From the NCBI GenBank assembly GCA_030674455.1, contig JAUSGQ010000007.1, forward strand, positions 19,947 to 83,946: a DNA stretch of 64,000 bases, in the 5' to 3' direction. Shown here piece by piece: positions 1 to 9,672 of the stretch (position 1 is its first letter; each line of letters begins with the position of its first letter). Source of the stretch: a bacterium. Its GTDB lineage: Bacteria; Patescibacteriota; Minisyncoccia; Phycocordibacterales; UBA2100. A program made the position numbers and the translations under genes. The notes under the pieces were generated by a model that saw only the letters and a list, made by a program, of their open reading frames with translations, ran no database searches and was not told the origin of the DNA.

Positions 1-331
1 GCCTACCTGCCACACGGGGACAGTATCGTGTTTCGGTTACGAACTTAAGAAAAACGCGATAAAAGAATTATTTGCTGTAATAAAAGACCGAAAGGCCTCG
101 CTTCCGGAAGGCTCGTACACCACGAGCTTGTTTAAGTCTGGCGTTGACAAGATTTCTCTAAAGGTCAGCGAGGAGGCTATGGAGGTCATACACGCCGCGC
201 AAAAACAAACGAAAGAGCGCTTAACGGAAGAAACGGTGGATTTGCTTTACCACTTGTTCGTGTTACTCGTCGAGAAAGGGCTTACCCTTGAGGAAATCGA
301 AGTTGAAATGCAAAACCGCGCCAAAAAGTAG
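1..331 (+). CDS. hisIE: bifunctional phosphoribosyl-AMP cyclohydrolase / phosphoribosyl-ATP pyrophosphatase HisIE, 3' portion (5' end outside window)
   Basis: Frame 2 is open from base 2. It translates to ...ACHTGxxSCF (the HisI C-terminal Cys motif) followed by ELKKNAIKELFAVIKDRK...EEAMEVIHAAQ, which is HisE-like. Confidence 0.65.
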   Translation, partial: PTCHTGTVSCFGYELKKNAIKELFAVIKDRKASLPEGSYTTSLFKSGVDKISLKVSEEAMEVIHAAQKQTKERLTEETVDLLYHLFVLLVEKGLTLEEIEVEMQNRAKK

Positions 332-414
332 AGATGTTGAAGCGATGTCGTTGTTTGTATTTGCATTGAGTCCATACTGAATACCAAATACTGAATACAA
401 GATACTCAGCATCT

Positions 415-741
415 ATGTCTATGGCGTATTTGAAAATCATTGTTTACGTTCCACTTGCCAACGCTGACGCCGTGCGTAAGGCGATAGGATATGCTGGCGG
501 CGGTAAAATCGGTAATTATTCCTTCTGCAGTTTTAGCAGCAGGGGAGTCGGCAGATTTTTACCGGAGACGGGGGCGCATCCTGCGACAGGAGAGATCGGG
601 AAACTTGAACAAGTGGAAGAGGAGCGCATTGAATTCGTTTGTGAGCCGGAATTAAGGGCAAAAGTGGTTGAGGCAATAAAGCGAGCCCACCCATACGAAG
701 AACCCGCGATTGACATCTGGCCTGTAGAAATCGAGCCTTAG
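415..741 (+). CDS. PII-like domain protein resembling the central insert domain of NIF3/YqfO family (GNYSxCSFxSxGxGxF...HPYEEPAxDI motif); called geneX below
   Basis: 108-aa ORF. The motifs GNYSFCSFSSRGVGRF and HPYEEPAIDIWP match the NIF3 middle domain as I recall it. Confidence 0.5.
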   Translation: MSMAYLKIIVYVPLANADAVRKAIGYAGGGKIGNYSFCSFSSRGVGRFLPETGAHPATGEIGKLEQVEEERIEFVCEPELRAKVVEAIKRAHPYEEPAIDIWPVEIEP

Positions 742-752
742 CCACTTTAATA

Positions 753-784
753 ACATTCCAACATTCTGCAGAATGTTGGAATGT
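753..784. repeat. perfect 32-bp palindrome ACATTCCAACATTCTG|CAGAATGTTGGAATGT, followed by a TTCTAGAAATGCT tail (copy 1 of 2)
   Basis: Self-complementary on inspection. A second near-identical copy lies at 1394..1425. Confidence 0.9.
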
Positions 785-855
785 TCTAGAAATGCTTCGG
801 CGGCTGTTGAACCATTAGCACAATGAGAGACTGGATGTCCCAACGCCATAAACAA

Positions 856-884
856 AGAGCAGGCGGGGCGACCTGCTCTTTTTG
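856..884. terminator. bidirectional rho-independent terminator (AGAGCAGG-loop-CCTGCTCT plus T-run, A-run upstream)
   Basis: GC stem with a T5 run, located between convergent genes 415..741(+) and 898..1380(-). Confidence 0.6.
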
Positions 885-897
885 GGTGTATGGGGGG

Positions 898-1380
898 TCA
901 GTCCACGACCTGAACCGCCTCCTTCATCCTTTCGTCAGTAAAGACCCCAACGCCGGTTGACTCTGATGTCTCGCGCAGACTACCGAACTCGGTCACCTCG
1001 AAGAAACCGAACGTGATCTTTCCGGTCGCTCCGTCCCAGTGGTGAGCGATTGTGTCGAAAACGGCGTACAGACCGTCACCGATGGAGGGACACTTTTCTT
1101 CTCCATCAACCAGCGCTACGACGCGATGGGGCGCATGATACTTTATGGCTCCCGTAGCTTCGCATTCCGCCAAAGAAACCACAAGACTCTTCGCCGGGAC
1201 TATTTGTACGCCCTTTTCCACGATGGTAATCCCAGCAGCTTTTAACGCACGCCGTAATTCGGCGCTGATAATTTCGGGCATAATTGCCTCCATTGATTTA
1301 GGGACGGTTTGCCAAGTGCATTCGTCTCCGCGTGGATAATGCATATATATATATCCTGTCAAGGAAAATCCGGCATACAA
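898..1380 (-). CDS. hypothetical protein (called geneY below). True start may be the internal Met, giving about 130 aa. It is flanked by the 32-bp palindrome pair.
   Basis: 160-aa ORF with no family I can name. It sits between the two palindromes and between the geneX 3' end and its diverged duplicate. Confidence 0.4.
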   Translation of the reverse strand: MYAGFSLTGYIYMHYPRGDECTWQTVPKSMEAIMPEIISAELRRALKAAGITIVEKGVQIVPAKSLVVSLAECEATGAIKYHAPHRVVALVDGEEKCPSIGDGLYAVFDTIAHHWDGATGKITFGFFEVTEFGSLRETSESTGVGVFTDERMKEAVQVVD

Positions 1381-1393
1381 ATTAACCCCCGTG

Positions 1394-1425
1394 ACATTCC
1401 AATATTCTTGAGAATGTTGGAATGT
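1394..1425. repeat. copy 2 of the 32-bp palindrome (2 mismatches), plus CGAGAAATGCTA tail
   Basis: ACATTCCAATATTCTTGAGAATGTTGGAATGT. It is in direct orientation with copy 1 (753..784). Confidence 0.9.
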
Positions 1426-1545
1426 CGAGAAATGCTACTGACACAACTGTCCGTAACTATTGACTCATTCTCACGAATTAGACAATAAGGAATTCTATTG
1501 ATGATTTATAACGATCTATTTTGAGCTGGTTTTTTATCGAATACC

Positions 1546-1623
1546 AACTACTTGCTTATTCGCGCGAATAAGCAAGTAGTTACGCAACTAATCTTCCTCC
1601 CTCCATACTCCATACGCGATACG
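1546..1623. repeat. intergenic element, copy 1. It has a perfect 36-bp palindrome AACTACTTGCTTATTCGC|GCGAATAAGCAAGTAGTT (TTCGCGCGAA core) and a conserved ATACTCCATACGCGATACG tail.
   Basis: A second copy lies at 2615..2706, with one mismatch in the palindrome and an identical tail. Confidence 0.85.
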
Positions 1624-1624
1624 A

Positions 1625-1681
1625 CAAGTTCATCCGTATGAAGAACCGGCGATCGATATTTGGCCGATAGAGATTCTTTAA
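1625..1681 (+). pseudogene. diverged duplicate of the 3' terminus of 415..741 (encodes ...HPYEEPAIDIWPIEIL*)
   Basis: The translation matches the C-terminus of geneX in 14 of 15 residues, while DNA identity is only about 70-75%. There is no start codon and no upstream coding context. Confidence 0.7.
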
Positions 1682-1843
1682 CAAAGAATATTTTGTCCAA
1701 TAGAATTCACACGAAGTTCAAGACCTCTTTGTTACTTTTAATTTTGATTCACCGAACGCAACAATTTGCGTGAGCGTTCTGATCTTATTTCTTTTGTTCT
1801 TTAAGGTCCATCCCCATACCCATCATCTAAAGGAGAGAAGGCC

Positions 1844-2368
1844 ATGATGCCTAGAAAGGGAATTCCGCTTCGGAAACGCGGAGGTAGCTTGTTTTTACGT
1901 AGCTACCTGCTTATAAATTCGTCCCTCTGCAGTATCAGCGGAGCGAATGAGCAGCTTGCGAAACTCTCCGAATCGTTGATTGTGATGACGACGAGTGCTG
2001 CGAATTCAGGAGCGCAGATTAAGGATTTTGAATTCCTAAATCCGATTGAAGTCGTTGTTGTTGCGAGCGCTAACGCCGATGCAGTCTTACTAACTGCAGC
2101 TCAAAGATTGGGCTGTTTTACAGTTTGTATCGGAACTCCTGACGATGAAGTCTCGGCGGATTTCATCACTCCTGATGTATTGGAGGCGTTGGACATGTTG
2201 ATGAACCCAACACAACTTAACGAACGTCTGCGCAACGGGCGCGGTAATAAGGGTTCCTTCTGGCAAACTACGATGTATTGGTGGGACTCGGTTCGCTCGT
2301 CTCGGTGGAAGTGCAAGCAAGCTGCCACTTCGCTCATCGCTAACCTCAATAAGGAAATTGTCGCCTGA
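1844..2368 (+). CDS. hypothetical protein
   Basis: 174-aa ORF with no recognisable family. The start is uncertain. Confidence 0.3.
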   Translation: MMPRKGIPLRKRGGSLFLRSYLLINSSLCSISGANEQLAKLSESLIVMTTSAANSGAQIKDFEFLNPIEVVVVASANADAVLLTAAQRLGCFTVCIGTPDDEVSADFITPDVLEALDMLMNPTQLNERLRNGRGNKGSFWQTTMYWWDSVRSSRWKCKQAATSLIANLNKEIVA

Positions 2369-2614
2369 GTCCGGATTTTGCGCGTTTGGCACGGAGGCAA
2401 TGGATATCCCTCTCGCTGTTCGCAGCGCGGGGGATTTCTACACATATTCATCCGAATAATCGGGAAATTTGTGTCAACCACAGTTACAGTATCGTTCACG
2501 CGCAAGAACATTCTAGTGAATTACTGATAAACACTCAACTCCCTAGCACGTTTCGTCCACCAACTGAGTCAAGATTTCCGCTAGTGAGTTACGTGAAAGT
2601 CAGTAGACCATGCA

Positions 2615-2706
2615 AACTACTTGCTTATTCGCGCGAATGAGCAAGTAGTTGAGTATAAATAGTTGAGTATCGAATCTTTCTATATGAATACTCCATACGC
2701 GATACG
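2615..2706. repeat. intergenic element, copy 2 (palindrome AACTACTTGCTTATTCGCGCGAATGAGCAAGTAGTT plus ATACTCCATACGCGATACG tail)
   Basis: Matches 1546..1623. Confidence 0.85.
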
Positions 2707-2776
2707 CCATACTAGATACATATGCATTGCATATCTGATGGGGTATACTGAATCATTAGTAATGCCTTAAAACCTC

Positions 2777-4213
2777 TTGCTTCAACATATGCTTGACCTT
2801 GGAGAAAAGTGCGGCGTTTTTGGAGTTTACGGGGAAGGATTGGACGTCGCGCGTATAACTTTCTTCGGTCTATTTGCACTTCAACATAGGGGTCAGGAAA
2901 GCTCCGGTATCGCATCTTCTGATGGCAAACGCATTGAATCGCACAAGGGCATGGGGCTCGTCTCGCAGGTCTTTTCCGAAGACGACATAAAAAAACTAAC
3001 CGGCCATATCGCTATCGGGCATAACCGGTATTCAACTGCCGGTGGGTCTCATGCGGATCACGCGCAGCCGACTATCGTGGGCGATTGGAGCATAGCTCTC
3101 GCTCACAACGGCAATATTCCCAGCACAGCCGCTTTGGAGGAATTCCTTCGGGCTCGGAATATTGAAACTGACAAACTTTCTGATTCTAGAATGATAGCGC
3201 AGGCAATCGCCGTGCTTGAGGGTGAAGGAGCGACACTGGAAGACGCGATTAAGAAAGCGTACCCGCTTATGACAGGTGCGTTTTCAATTCTTATAATGTC
3301 GAAAGATAAGCTGATCGCGATTCGCGATGAGTGTGGAATTCGCCCGCTTTCAATCGCAAAGCTCAACGGCGGCTTTGTATTTTCCTCCGAGACATGCGCA
3401 TTTCAAACAGTTGGTGCGGAATTTATTCGCGATGTAAATCCGGGTGAGATGGTAGTAGTAGACGCGAGCGGTTTGCGCGGTGAACAGCTTGTTCCTGCAA
3501 ATCCGAAGTTGGACATATTTGAATTCGTTTACTTTGCTCGACCGGATAGTCATTTACTGGGGAAATCGGTCTATGATGTGAGAAGGAATTTCGGCGTACA
3601 ACTTGCCAAGGAATATCCGCTTCGCGCGGATGTGGTTATCCCCGTTCCGGAAACAGCGATTCCGGTGGCAATCGGCTACGCAAACGAGTCCGGCATTCCG
3701 CTTGAAATGGGGCTGACAAAAAATCGTTACATTCACCGCACATTTATTGAGCCCGAACAGCACATCCGCGACCAGGGGGTGCGAGCGAAGCTCACCCCCA
3801 TTGCTGAAGTTATTAAGGGCAAACGTGTTGCGGTTATCGACGATTCAATAGTGCGCGGCACTACCTCCAGAAAAATCGTCGAGATGCTTTTCGGTGCAGG
3901 CGCTTCTGAAGTGCATTTTCTCGTCTCTTCTCCGCCGATAATGTTCCCTGATTTTTACGGTATTGATACTCCAAAACAGAAGAATCTTTTGGCATCCGAT
4001 AAGTCAATTCTTGAAATGAAGTCGTACCTTGGCGCAACATCGCTTAATTTTCTCTCATACATTGGAATGATAAAAGCAACCGGAATTTCGGAAGACCAGT
4101 TTTCAACGTCGTGTTTTACCGGAGAGTATCCAATAGACATCAAAGAGCGCATGAAGGAAATTGTAGCTAAGAAAGTCTGCTATACGCCGTTTGCGGATAA
4201 ACTGTCGGATTGA
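2777..4213 (+). CDS. purF: amidophosphoribosyltransferase (glutamine PRPP amidotransferase)
   Basis: N-terminal CGVFGV nucleophile motif and a PRTase domain; 478 aa. Confidence 0.9.
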   Translation: MLQHMLDLGEKCGVFGVYGEGLDVARITFFGLFALQHRGQESSGIASSDGKRIESHKGMGLVSQVFSEDDIKKLTGHIAIGHNRYSTAGGSHADHAQPTIVGDWSIALAHNGNIPSTAALEEFLRARNIETDKLSDSRMIAQAIAVLEGEGATLEDAIKKAYPLMTGAFSILIMSKDKLIAIRDECGIRPLSIAKLNGGFVFSSETCAFQTVGAEFIRDVNPGEMVVVDASGLRGEQLVPANPKLDIFEFVYFARPDSHLLGKSVYDVRRNFGVQLAKEYPLRADVVIPVPETAIPVAIGYANESGIPLEMGLTKNRYIHRTFIEPEQHIRDQGVRAKLTPIAEVIKGKRVAVIDDSIVRGTTSRKIVEMLFGAGASEVHFLVSSPPIMFPDFYGIDTPKQKNLLASDKSILEMKSYLGATSLNFLSYIGMIKATGISEDQFSTSCFTGEYPIDIKERMKEIVAKKVCYTPFADKLSD

Positions 4214-4268
4214 TATAGGCAACTCTGGGAAAGGACATCGCACTCTGCAGACCGCGGTCATTGAGACA

Positions 4269-4799
4269 TTAGTCCGCCATGCCATCTATATCGTCTGGCA
4301 GCAGTAGAACGCTCAAAGAACTCTCTCGCGCCAAACCAAGCGATGGGCGATCCGCGAAACCCACATACTCTACCTTCTTTCCCTTATTTAGGACGTATTT
4401 GATTGCCGGAATTAAATCTGTGTCAGAACTCACTATAACGGCGGTATCATACTCGTCCTCAACTGCCCCTATAACGAGGTCAATGGCGATTTTAACATCC
4501 ACTCCCTTTTCTCTGATTTTGTGGTCATAAACAATTCTTCCCCGCTCGATGAGGAATCCTTGAAGCTCTAGTGCGCTAAGAAATTTCTGCTGGCCTTCAA
4601 CCATCTTTTGACTTTGTTCAGTCTGATCATGGTTGCGAACTACTCCGATATAGTATCGTTTTGTCGACAAAGAACGTCCGCGAAGCAGACGGTCAATGAG
4701 TTTCGCGTAATTAAATCTCTTGCCCGGGAAAATGCCGCACTCTTTTAGTCGTTGGTACAGATTCCCGCCATCTATAAAGATAGCTACTTTCTCCGCCAT
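4269..4799 (-). CDS. NYN/LabA-like (PIN-like) domain protein
   Basis: The motifs IFIDGGNL...VDVKIAIDLV...VSSDTDLIPAI are present. The track ORF extends to 4874, but Met at 4799 (MAEKVAIFIDGGN) is the likely start. Confidence 0.7.
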   Translation of the reverse strand: MAEKVAIFIDGGNLYQRLKECGIFPGKRFNYAKLIDRLLRGRSLSTKRYYIGVVRNHDQTEQSQKMVEGQQKFLSALELQGFLIERGRIVYDHKIREKGVDVKIAIDLVIGAVEDEYDTAVIVSSDTDLIPAIKYVLNKGKKVEYVGFADRPSLGLARESSLSVLLLPDDIDGMAD

Positions 4800-5123
4800 C
4801 TGCCCAGTATACAACCAAAACTGCCCTTGCATTTCTGCAGGGGCAGTGAGGTTAGAAACCCCATTGTACACCACTGCACAGTTAATTTCCAGTGAAGGTG
4901 CATAACCCTAAAATAACCTTGAAAAGCTGCCTGTAAGTGCAGGCTCGGAATTCTATTCAGAGCGGAGAATTTCAAGTGATAGTGATTATTATTCTGATGA
5001 GGAGTATTACTATCATGGAGATGAGCCGGATATCTATTCTCCCTAGACACCTAAAATGACATTAGAAGTCTTTATTCTGTGAATTCATCGGTGGACAACA
5101 CGCGGTTCAGCCTGTAGTCTTGT

Positions 5124-6365
5124 TTGATGCAATATAAACCAAGCGATAGGATTCTTAAAAATTATGCGAATGTTCTGGTAAATTTTGCGCTCGGAGGAGG
5201 GAAGGGAATAAAGAAAGGAGAGGTTGTGCGCGTTTCAGCTTCCGAATCGGCGAAGCCGCTTTTTATGGCGGTTTGCAATGCGATTGTGGATGCCGGCGGA
5301 CATGTGATGTCACACTACGGTCCCGACGATGAACAGGGCGACAAGCGCCGCAACGTTTCCGTTTCGCGTTATTTTTACGAGCATGCTACCGACGAGCAGA
5401 TCAAACACTTTCCCGCAAAGTATCTTAAGGGCATCATCGATGAAATGGATCACTCGGTTTTCCTTCTTGCCGAGAAAGACCCGCACGCGCTCAAGGGCAT
5501 AGACGGAAAGAAGATTATGGCGCGCGGGCAAGCTCTCAAGCCGTTTATGGATTGGCGGCACGAGAAAGAATGGAAGGGAAAGTTTACATGGACCATTGCG
5601 CTCTACGGCACGCCAGCTATGGCCAGAGAAGCGGGCCTCTCTGAAAAAGAATACTGGCAACAAATTATCAAAGCCTGCTTTTTGGATGAAAAGGACCCTA
5701 TCGGGAAATGGAAAGCGGTATATCGCGATATAGAAAAATATCGCACTCGCCTCAACAAGTTGTCCCCTCGAATCGACAAACTTCACGCGGTCGGTGAGGA
5801 CATGGATATGTGGTACACGCTGGGAGAGAAGCGTGCGTGGCATGCAGGCTCGGGCCGCAATATACCGTCTTTCGAGATATTTACCTCGCCGGATTGGCGC
5901 GGGACCAACGGCTGGATTCGCGTCAATCAACCGCTTTATCGTTACAGCAATAAAATTACCGGCATCCAGCTGTGGTTTAAGGACGGCCTTGTCGTAAAAA
6001 GCAAAGCAAAAACTAACGAGAAACTGCTAAAGGAAATGATTGCGACGAAAGGTGCCGACAAAATCGGTGAGTATTCATTGACAGACAAACGCCACTCGCG
6101 CATTACCAAATTCATGGCGGAAACATTGTTTGATGAAAACATGGGCGGACCTTTTGGTAACTCACACATTGCGCTCGGCATGAGTTATCGCGACACGTAT
6201 GCAGGTGATGTATCGAAACTTACAGACGCGGAGGCAAAACGCTTGGGCTTCAACGACTCGTCCGTACATACTGATGTTGTTTCAACAACTGACAGAACAG
6301 TAACGGCACACCTCAAAGACGGCTCAACAAAAGTAATCTACAAAGACGGAAAGTTTGTGTTGTGA
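5124..6365 (+). CDS. ampS: aminopeptidase, M29 family (AmpS/PepS-like)
   Basis: At 413 aa the length and overall similarity to the thermophilic metalloprotease M29 family fit, as I recall that family. Confidence 0.65.
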   Translation: MMQYKPSDRILKNYANVLVNFALGGGKGIKKGEVVRVSASESAKPLFMAVCNAIVDAGGHVMSHYGPDDEQGDKRRNVSVSRYFYEHATDEQIKHFPAKYLKGIIDEMDHSVFLLAEKDPHALKGIDGKKIMARGQALKPFMDWRHEKEWKGKFTWTIALYGTPAMAREAGLSEKEYWQQIIKACFLDEKDPIGKWKAVYRDIEKYRTRLNKLSPRIDKLHAVGEDMDMWYTLGEKRAWHAGSGRNIPSFEIFTSPDWRGTNGWIRVNQPLYRYSNKITGIQLWFKDGLVVKSKAKTNEKLLKEMIATKGADKIGEYSLTDKRHSRITKFMAETLFDENMGGPFGNSHIALGMSYRDTYAGDVSKLTDAEAKRLGFNDSSVHTDVVSTTDRTVTAHLKDGSTKVIYKDGKFVL

Positions 6366-6385
6366 TCCTATAGATTTGCAGATTA

Positions 6386-6546
6386 TGACAAAGTGGAATC
6401 AATATTCAAACAGACAAAAGCTCATAGTGATTGTTTTGCTGACGATAATTATTGGAATCGCAGTGTATATTGCTAGAAGCGATTTCCTTACTGGACCGTG
6501 TGCTGGTAAGGTGCCGATATTTGGTTGGCCACAGGGAGGTTGCTGA
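6386..6546 (+). CDS. small hypothetical membrane protein
   Basis: A short ORF with one hydrophobic helix. Support is weak. Confidence 0.2.
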
Positions 6547-6570
6547 CCGGAATCTTGTCATACCGAATAC

Positions 6571-7338
6571 ATGAAAAACTCACAGCAAGGTTTTGCGCCA
6601 TTGTTACTTCTCGCGATTATCGCACTTTTAGCAATCGGCGGCGGGGCGTATGTGTATTTGCAAAAGAAGCAAGTAAATCTGCCCGAAGTGATTAAGACGC
6701 CTGCGCAGGCAAATCCAATTCCACAAACCCTGCCCCCTCAAAACCCTGTCTCTGATGCTAACAATGTAACTGCTAATTGGGAAACGTACACAAGCACTAA
6801 AGATGGCTACTCATTTCGGTATCCTGAAGAATGGAATATAGGCGATGGAGGAATTTTTTCGAAACAAGGAGTTCCAAGTAGTAGAAATGGATTTTTTGGC
6901 GCTTTTTATGCATCTGATTTATATGTACTGATTCACTCGCCGGAAAGCGCGAATTCCACAAGGAGAGCATCACCGCAAGAGGTAATGTCTGATGACTATC
7001 CATCAAATAGAGGTGTTAAAAAAGAAGAATGGCTTCATATTAATAATATTCCGGTTTTGTATTATGATACAACAAGTGACACCATTCCCGACGGTCCGAA
7101 CGGCGATATTAGATTTGTTATATTTACTGCCGAAAAGCAATACGTTTTTGTACTTAGTCCTGGCAATAAGGTGTCCCCGACATCTTTTGTGCCGGAAGAC
7201 ACCAATACAATGAAAAAGATAATTTCGACTTTTTCATTGCTTAATTCTTTTGATAAATTTGTAGATATGACGTCGATTCCGTTGAGTACTTTCCAATTAA
7301 AAACAACACCGTACCAACCATACCAACAAACACAGTAG
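6571..7338 (+). CDS. secreted/membrane-anchored hypothetical protein (N-terminal signal anchor)
   Basis: N-terminal hydrophobic segment LLLLAIIALLAIGGGAYVYL followed by a Pro/Gln-rich linker. Confidence 0.55.
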   Translation: MKNSQQGFAPLLLLAIIALLAIGGGAYVYLQKKQVNLPEVIKTPAQANPIPQTLPPQNPVSDANNVTANWETYTSTKDGYSFRYPEEWNIGDGGIFSKQGVPSSRNGFFGAFYASDLYVLIHSPESANSTRRASPQEVMSDDYPSNRGVKKEEWLHINNIPVLYYDTTSDTIPDGPNGDIRFVIFTAEKQYVFVLSPGNKVSPTSFVPEDTNTMKKIISTFSLLNSFDKFVDMTSIPLSTFQLKTTPYQPYQQTQ

Positions 7339-7430
7339 GTTTGTAATAAGTACGTATTTAAGACATCTAAGCCCCCAAATAATGAGGCGTTGCAATAAGT
7401 TATAATGTTGGCATGTTATACTAATTTCCC

Positions 7431-7982
7431 ATGAAATTTGAATACGCGACTGGATGGTTAAAATTCATCCTTGGATGGGTGGTTGTATTCTTATTTCGAT
7501 TGATTCCATTTCGTCCGCCTAATTTCGAGCCGATGCTCGCTACTATCATGCCGGTCTCAAAACGGTTCGGCATGCTCGGCAGTTTTCTTTTTGGTTTTTT
7601 GGGAATCGTTTTGTTTGACGCAGTCACATCCGGGTGGGGAAGTTGGACTGTGGTAACGGCAATCGCTTACGGGGTGCTCGGTATAGGTTCACAACTTTAT
7701 TTTAGAAATAGGGAAGCCACTGTTAGAAATTTCTTGAGCTTCGGCATCGTTGGAACTATTTTTTACGACGCAGTGACCGGCCTCACCATCGGCCCGATTT
7801 TCCAAGGCCAGTCGTTTATGGTCGCGCTTACGGGCCAAATACCATTCACGCTAATGCACCTCCTCGGCACAGTGGTCTTCGCGACATTTTTAAGCCCCGC
7901 ACTCTATAGGTGGGTAGTTAGGTCGGAAACCCTTGAATTGAGTGTTATTTTGCCGAAATTTGCCAAAATCGGCATTAAGTAG
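7431..7982 (+). CDS. polytopic membrane protein, possibly an ECF-transporter S component or vitamin-uptake protein
   Basis: About 5 predicted TM helices; 183 aa. Confidence 0.4.
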   Translation: MKFEYATGWLKFILGWVVVFLFRLIPFRPPNFEPMLATIMPVSKRFGMLGSFLFGFLGIVLFDAVTSGWGSWTVVTAIAYGVLGIGSQLYFRNREATVRNFLSFGIVGTIFYDAVTGLTIGPIFQGQSFMVALTGQIPFTLMHLLGTVVFATFLSPALYRWVVRSETLELSVILPKFAKIGIK

Positions 7983-8216
7983 TGTAGGACTTACGCAACA
8001 TCTGAATCGTCTTTGCGAGGCTTTGCCGAAGCAATCTAGGGTTAGAGCTGTAGATTCTGGATTGCTTCGCTCCGCTCGCAAAGACGGGAAGCTCGGTTTT
8101 ACGCTGTCTTTTGGGGTTCTTGCGTAGGTCCTATAGTATAAAAGTATTCCGTATACGGTATTCAGTATTCCGACTTCCATACTGTATACAGAATACAAAA
8201 TACTGTATACTGATAA

Positions 8217-9128
8217 TTGATGAATCATGTAACCAGAACACAACAGTTTGACAGAAGATATATAAAACGTTTATTCACTCTCGCGGACAAATTAAAAAAT
8301 GAAAGAGACGAGTCGCTGAAGGGAAAAATAATGGCTGCGCTTTTCTTTGAACCGTCAACGAGAACGCGCCTTTCTTTTTCTTCGGCAATGCTCCGCTTGG
8401 GCGGTTCGGTCATAACCATGGAAAGCGGGCAGGCGTCGTCACAATCAAAGGGCGAGACGCTTGAAGATTCAACCCGTGTTATTAGCAATTACGCTGATGT
8501 GATTGTGATGCGCCATCATGAAACCGGAGCGGCCGACAGAGCTGCCGCGGTTTCCAACGTGCCGATAATAAACGCGGGAGACGGAAATATGGGACAGCAC
8601 CCAACGCAGGCGCTTTTAGATTTATACACAATTCAGCGCGAACTAAAGCGCGAAGATGGGATACATGTGGCCATCATAGGGAATTTGCGATATTACCGTT
8701 CCGCACGGTCGCTCGCATATATTATAGGGAAATACAAGGATATGAAAATTACGTTTGTTTCTTCGCCGGAGCTTCAAATGGCCGATGACGTGAAGAAATA
8801 TCTCACGAGACATAAAGTAGCATGGGATGAAACTGAAGATATGACAGAGGTCGTCAAAAAGGCTGATGTCGTATATCAGACGCGCATTGCGAAGGAATGG
8901 ATAAAAGATGACGCATTGTATGAGAAGCAGAGAGGCCGCTATATCATTACGCGCAAAGTCGCTAATTCAATGAAAAAGGGCGCCATAATCATTCATCCGT
9001 TGCCGCGTATCGGAGAGATAACAGATGATGTCGACACTTCGCCGCATGCCGTGTATTTCCGGCAGGTCCGCTACGGCCTTCTTGTGCGCATGGCGCTTCT
9101 CAAAACTATTCTCTCTGGTCAGAAGTAG
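8217..9128 (+). CDS. pyrB: aspartate carbamoyltransferase catalytic subunit
   Basis: STRTR, HPTQ and HPLP motifs. Confidence 0.9.
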   Translation: MMNHVTRTQQFDRRYIKRLFTLADKLKNERDESLKGKIMAALFFEPSTRTRLSFSSAMLRLGGSVITMESGQASSQSKGETLEDSTRVISNYADVIVMRHHETGAADRAAAVSNVPIINAGDGNMGQHPTQALLDLYTIQRELKREDGIHVAIIGNLRYYRSARSLAYIIGKYKDMKITFVSSPELQMADDVKKYLTRHKVAWDETEDMTEVVKKADVVYQTRIAKEWIKDDALYEKQRGRYIITRKVANSMKKGAIIIHPLPRIGEITDDVDTSPHAVYFRQVRYGLLVRMALLKTILSGQK

Positions 9129-9672
9129 TCTTTTGCCCCAAGATTCTCGCGACTTTGATTCCTAGGAGAACAAATATTCCTCCGAGCACGTATCCTGCAA
9201 GAACGTCGCTCGGATAATGGACGCCTAGGTACAGGCGGCTATATCCTATCGCAATTATTAATACTGCGACTACGCCAATCGTAGGTTTCTTCCACGCGGG
9301 CGGTATTGAATCCCAGATAATCCAGAGAAGAAACGTGTAGAGCGCGAATGAAAAGGTTGCGTGCCCGCTTGGAAAGGAGTACCCGTTATCAGAGAGCATG
9401 TTGAGGTAGCCTGGCGGCCGAGGTCTGGCGATTAATTCTTTAAGTGCGTAAACGGCAATGTAGCTTCCCGATATACAAGCAGACAGGCCTGCCGCAAGCG
9501 CCCATCGCTTCTTATATGCGAGGATAATTAACGCGATGATCGTTAGTGCGGGAATTACTGTCTTATAGTCGCCGAGTTCGGTGAACCAGATATAAAATTG
9601 CGCGAGCGATGGGCTGCGTACTGTATAGAGTGCCTGCTCGAACTGAAGGTCAAATGTCGAAATGATGTTCAT
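9106..9672 (-). CDS. PAP2-family phosphatase (undecaprenyl-diphosphatase-like)
   Basis: PSGH and SRxxxxxHxxSDV motifs in a membrane protein. Confidence 0.8.
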   Translation of the reverse strand: MNIISTFDLQFEQALYTVRSPSLAQFYIWFTELGDYKTVIPALTIIALIILAYKKRWALAAGLSACISGSYIAVYALKELIARPRPPGYLNMLSDNGYSFPSGHATFSFALYTFLLWIIWDSIPPAWKKPTIGVVAVLIIAIGYSRLYLGVHYPSDVLAGYVLGGIFVLLGIKVARILGQKTTSDQRE

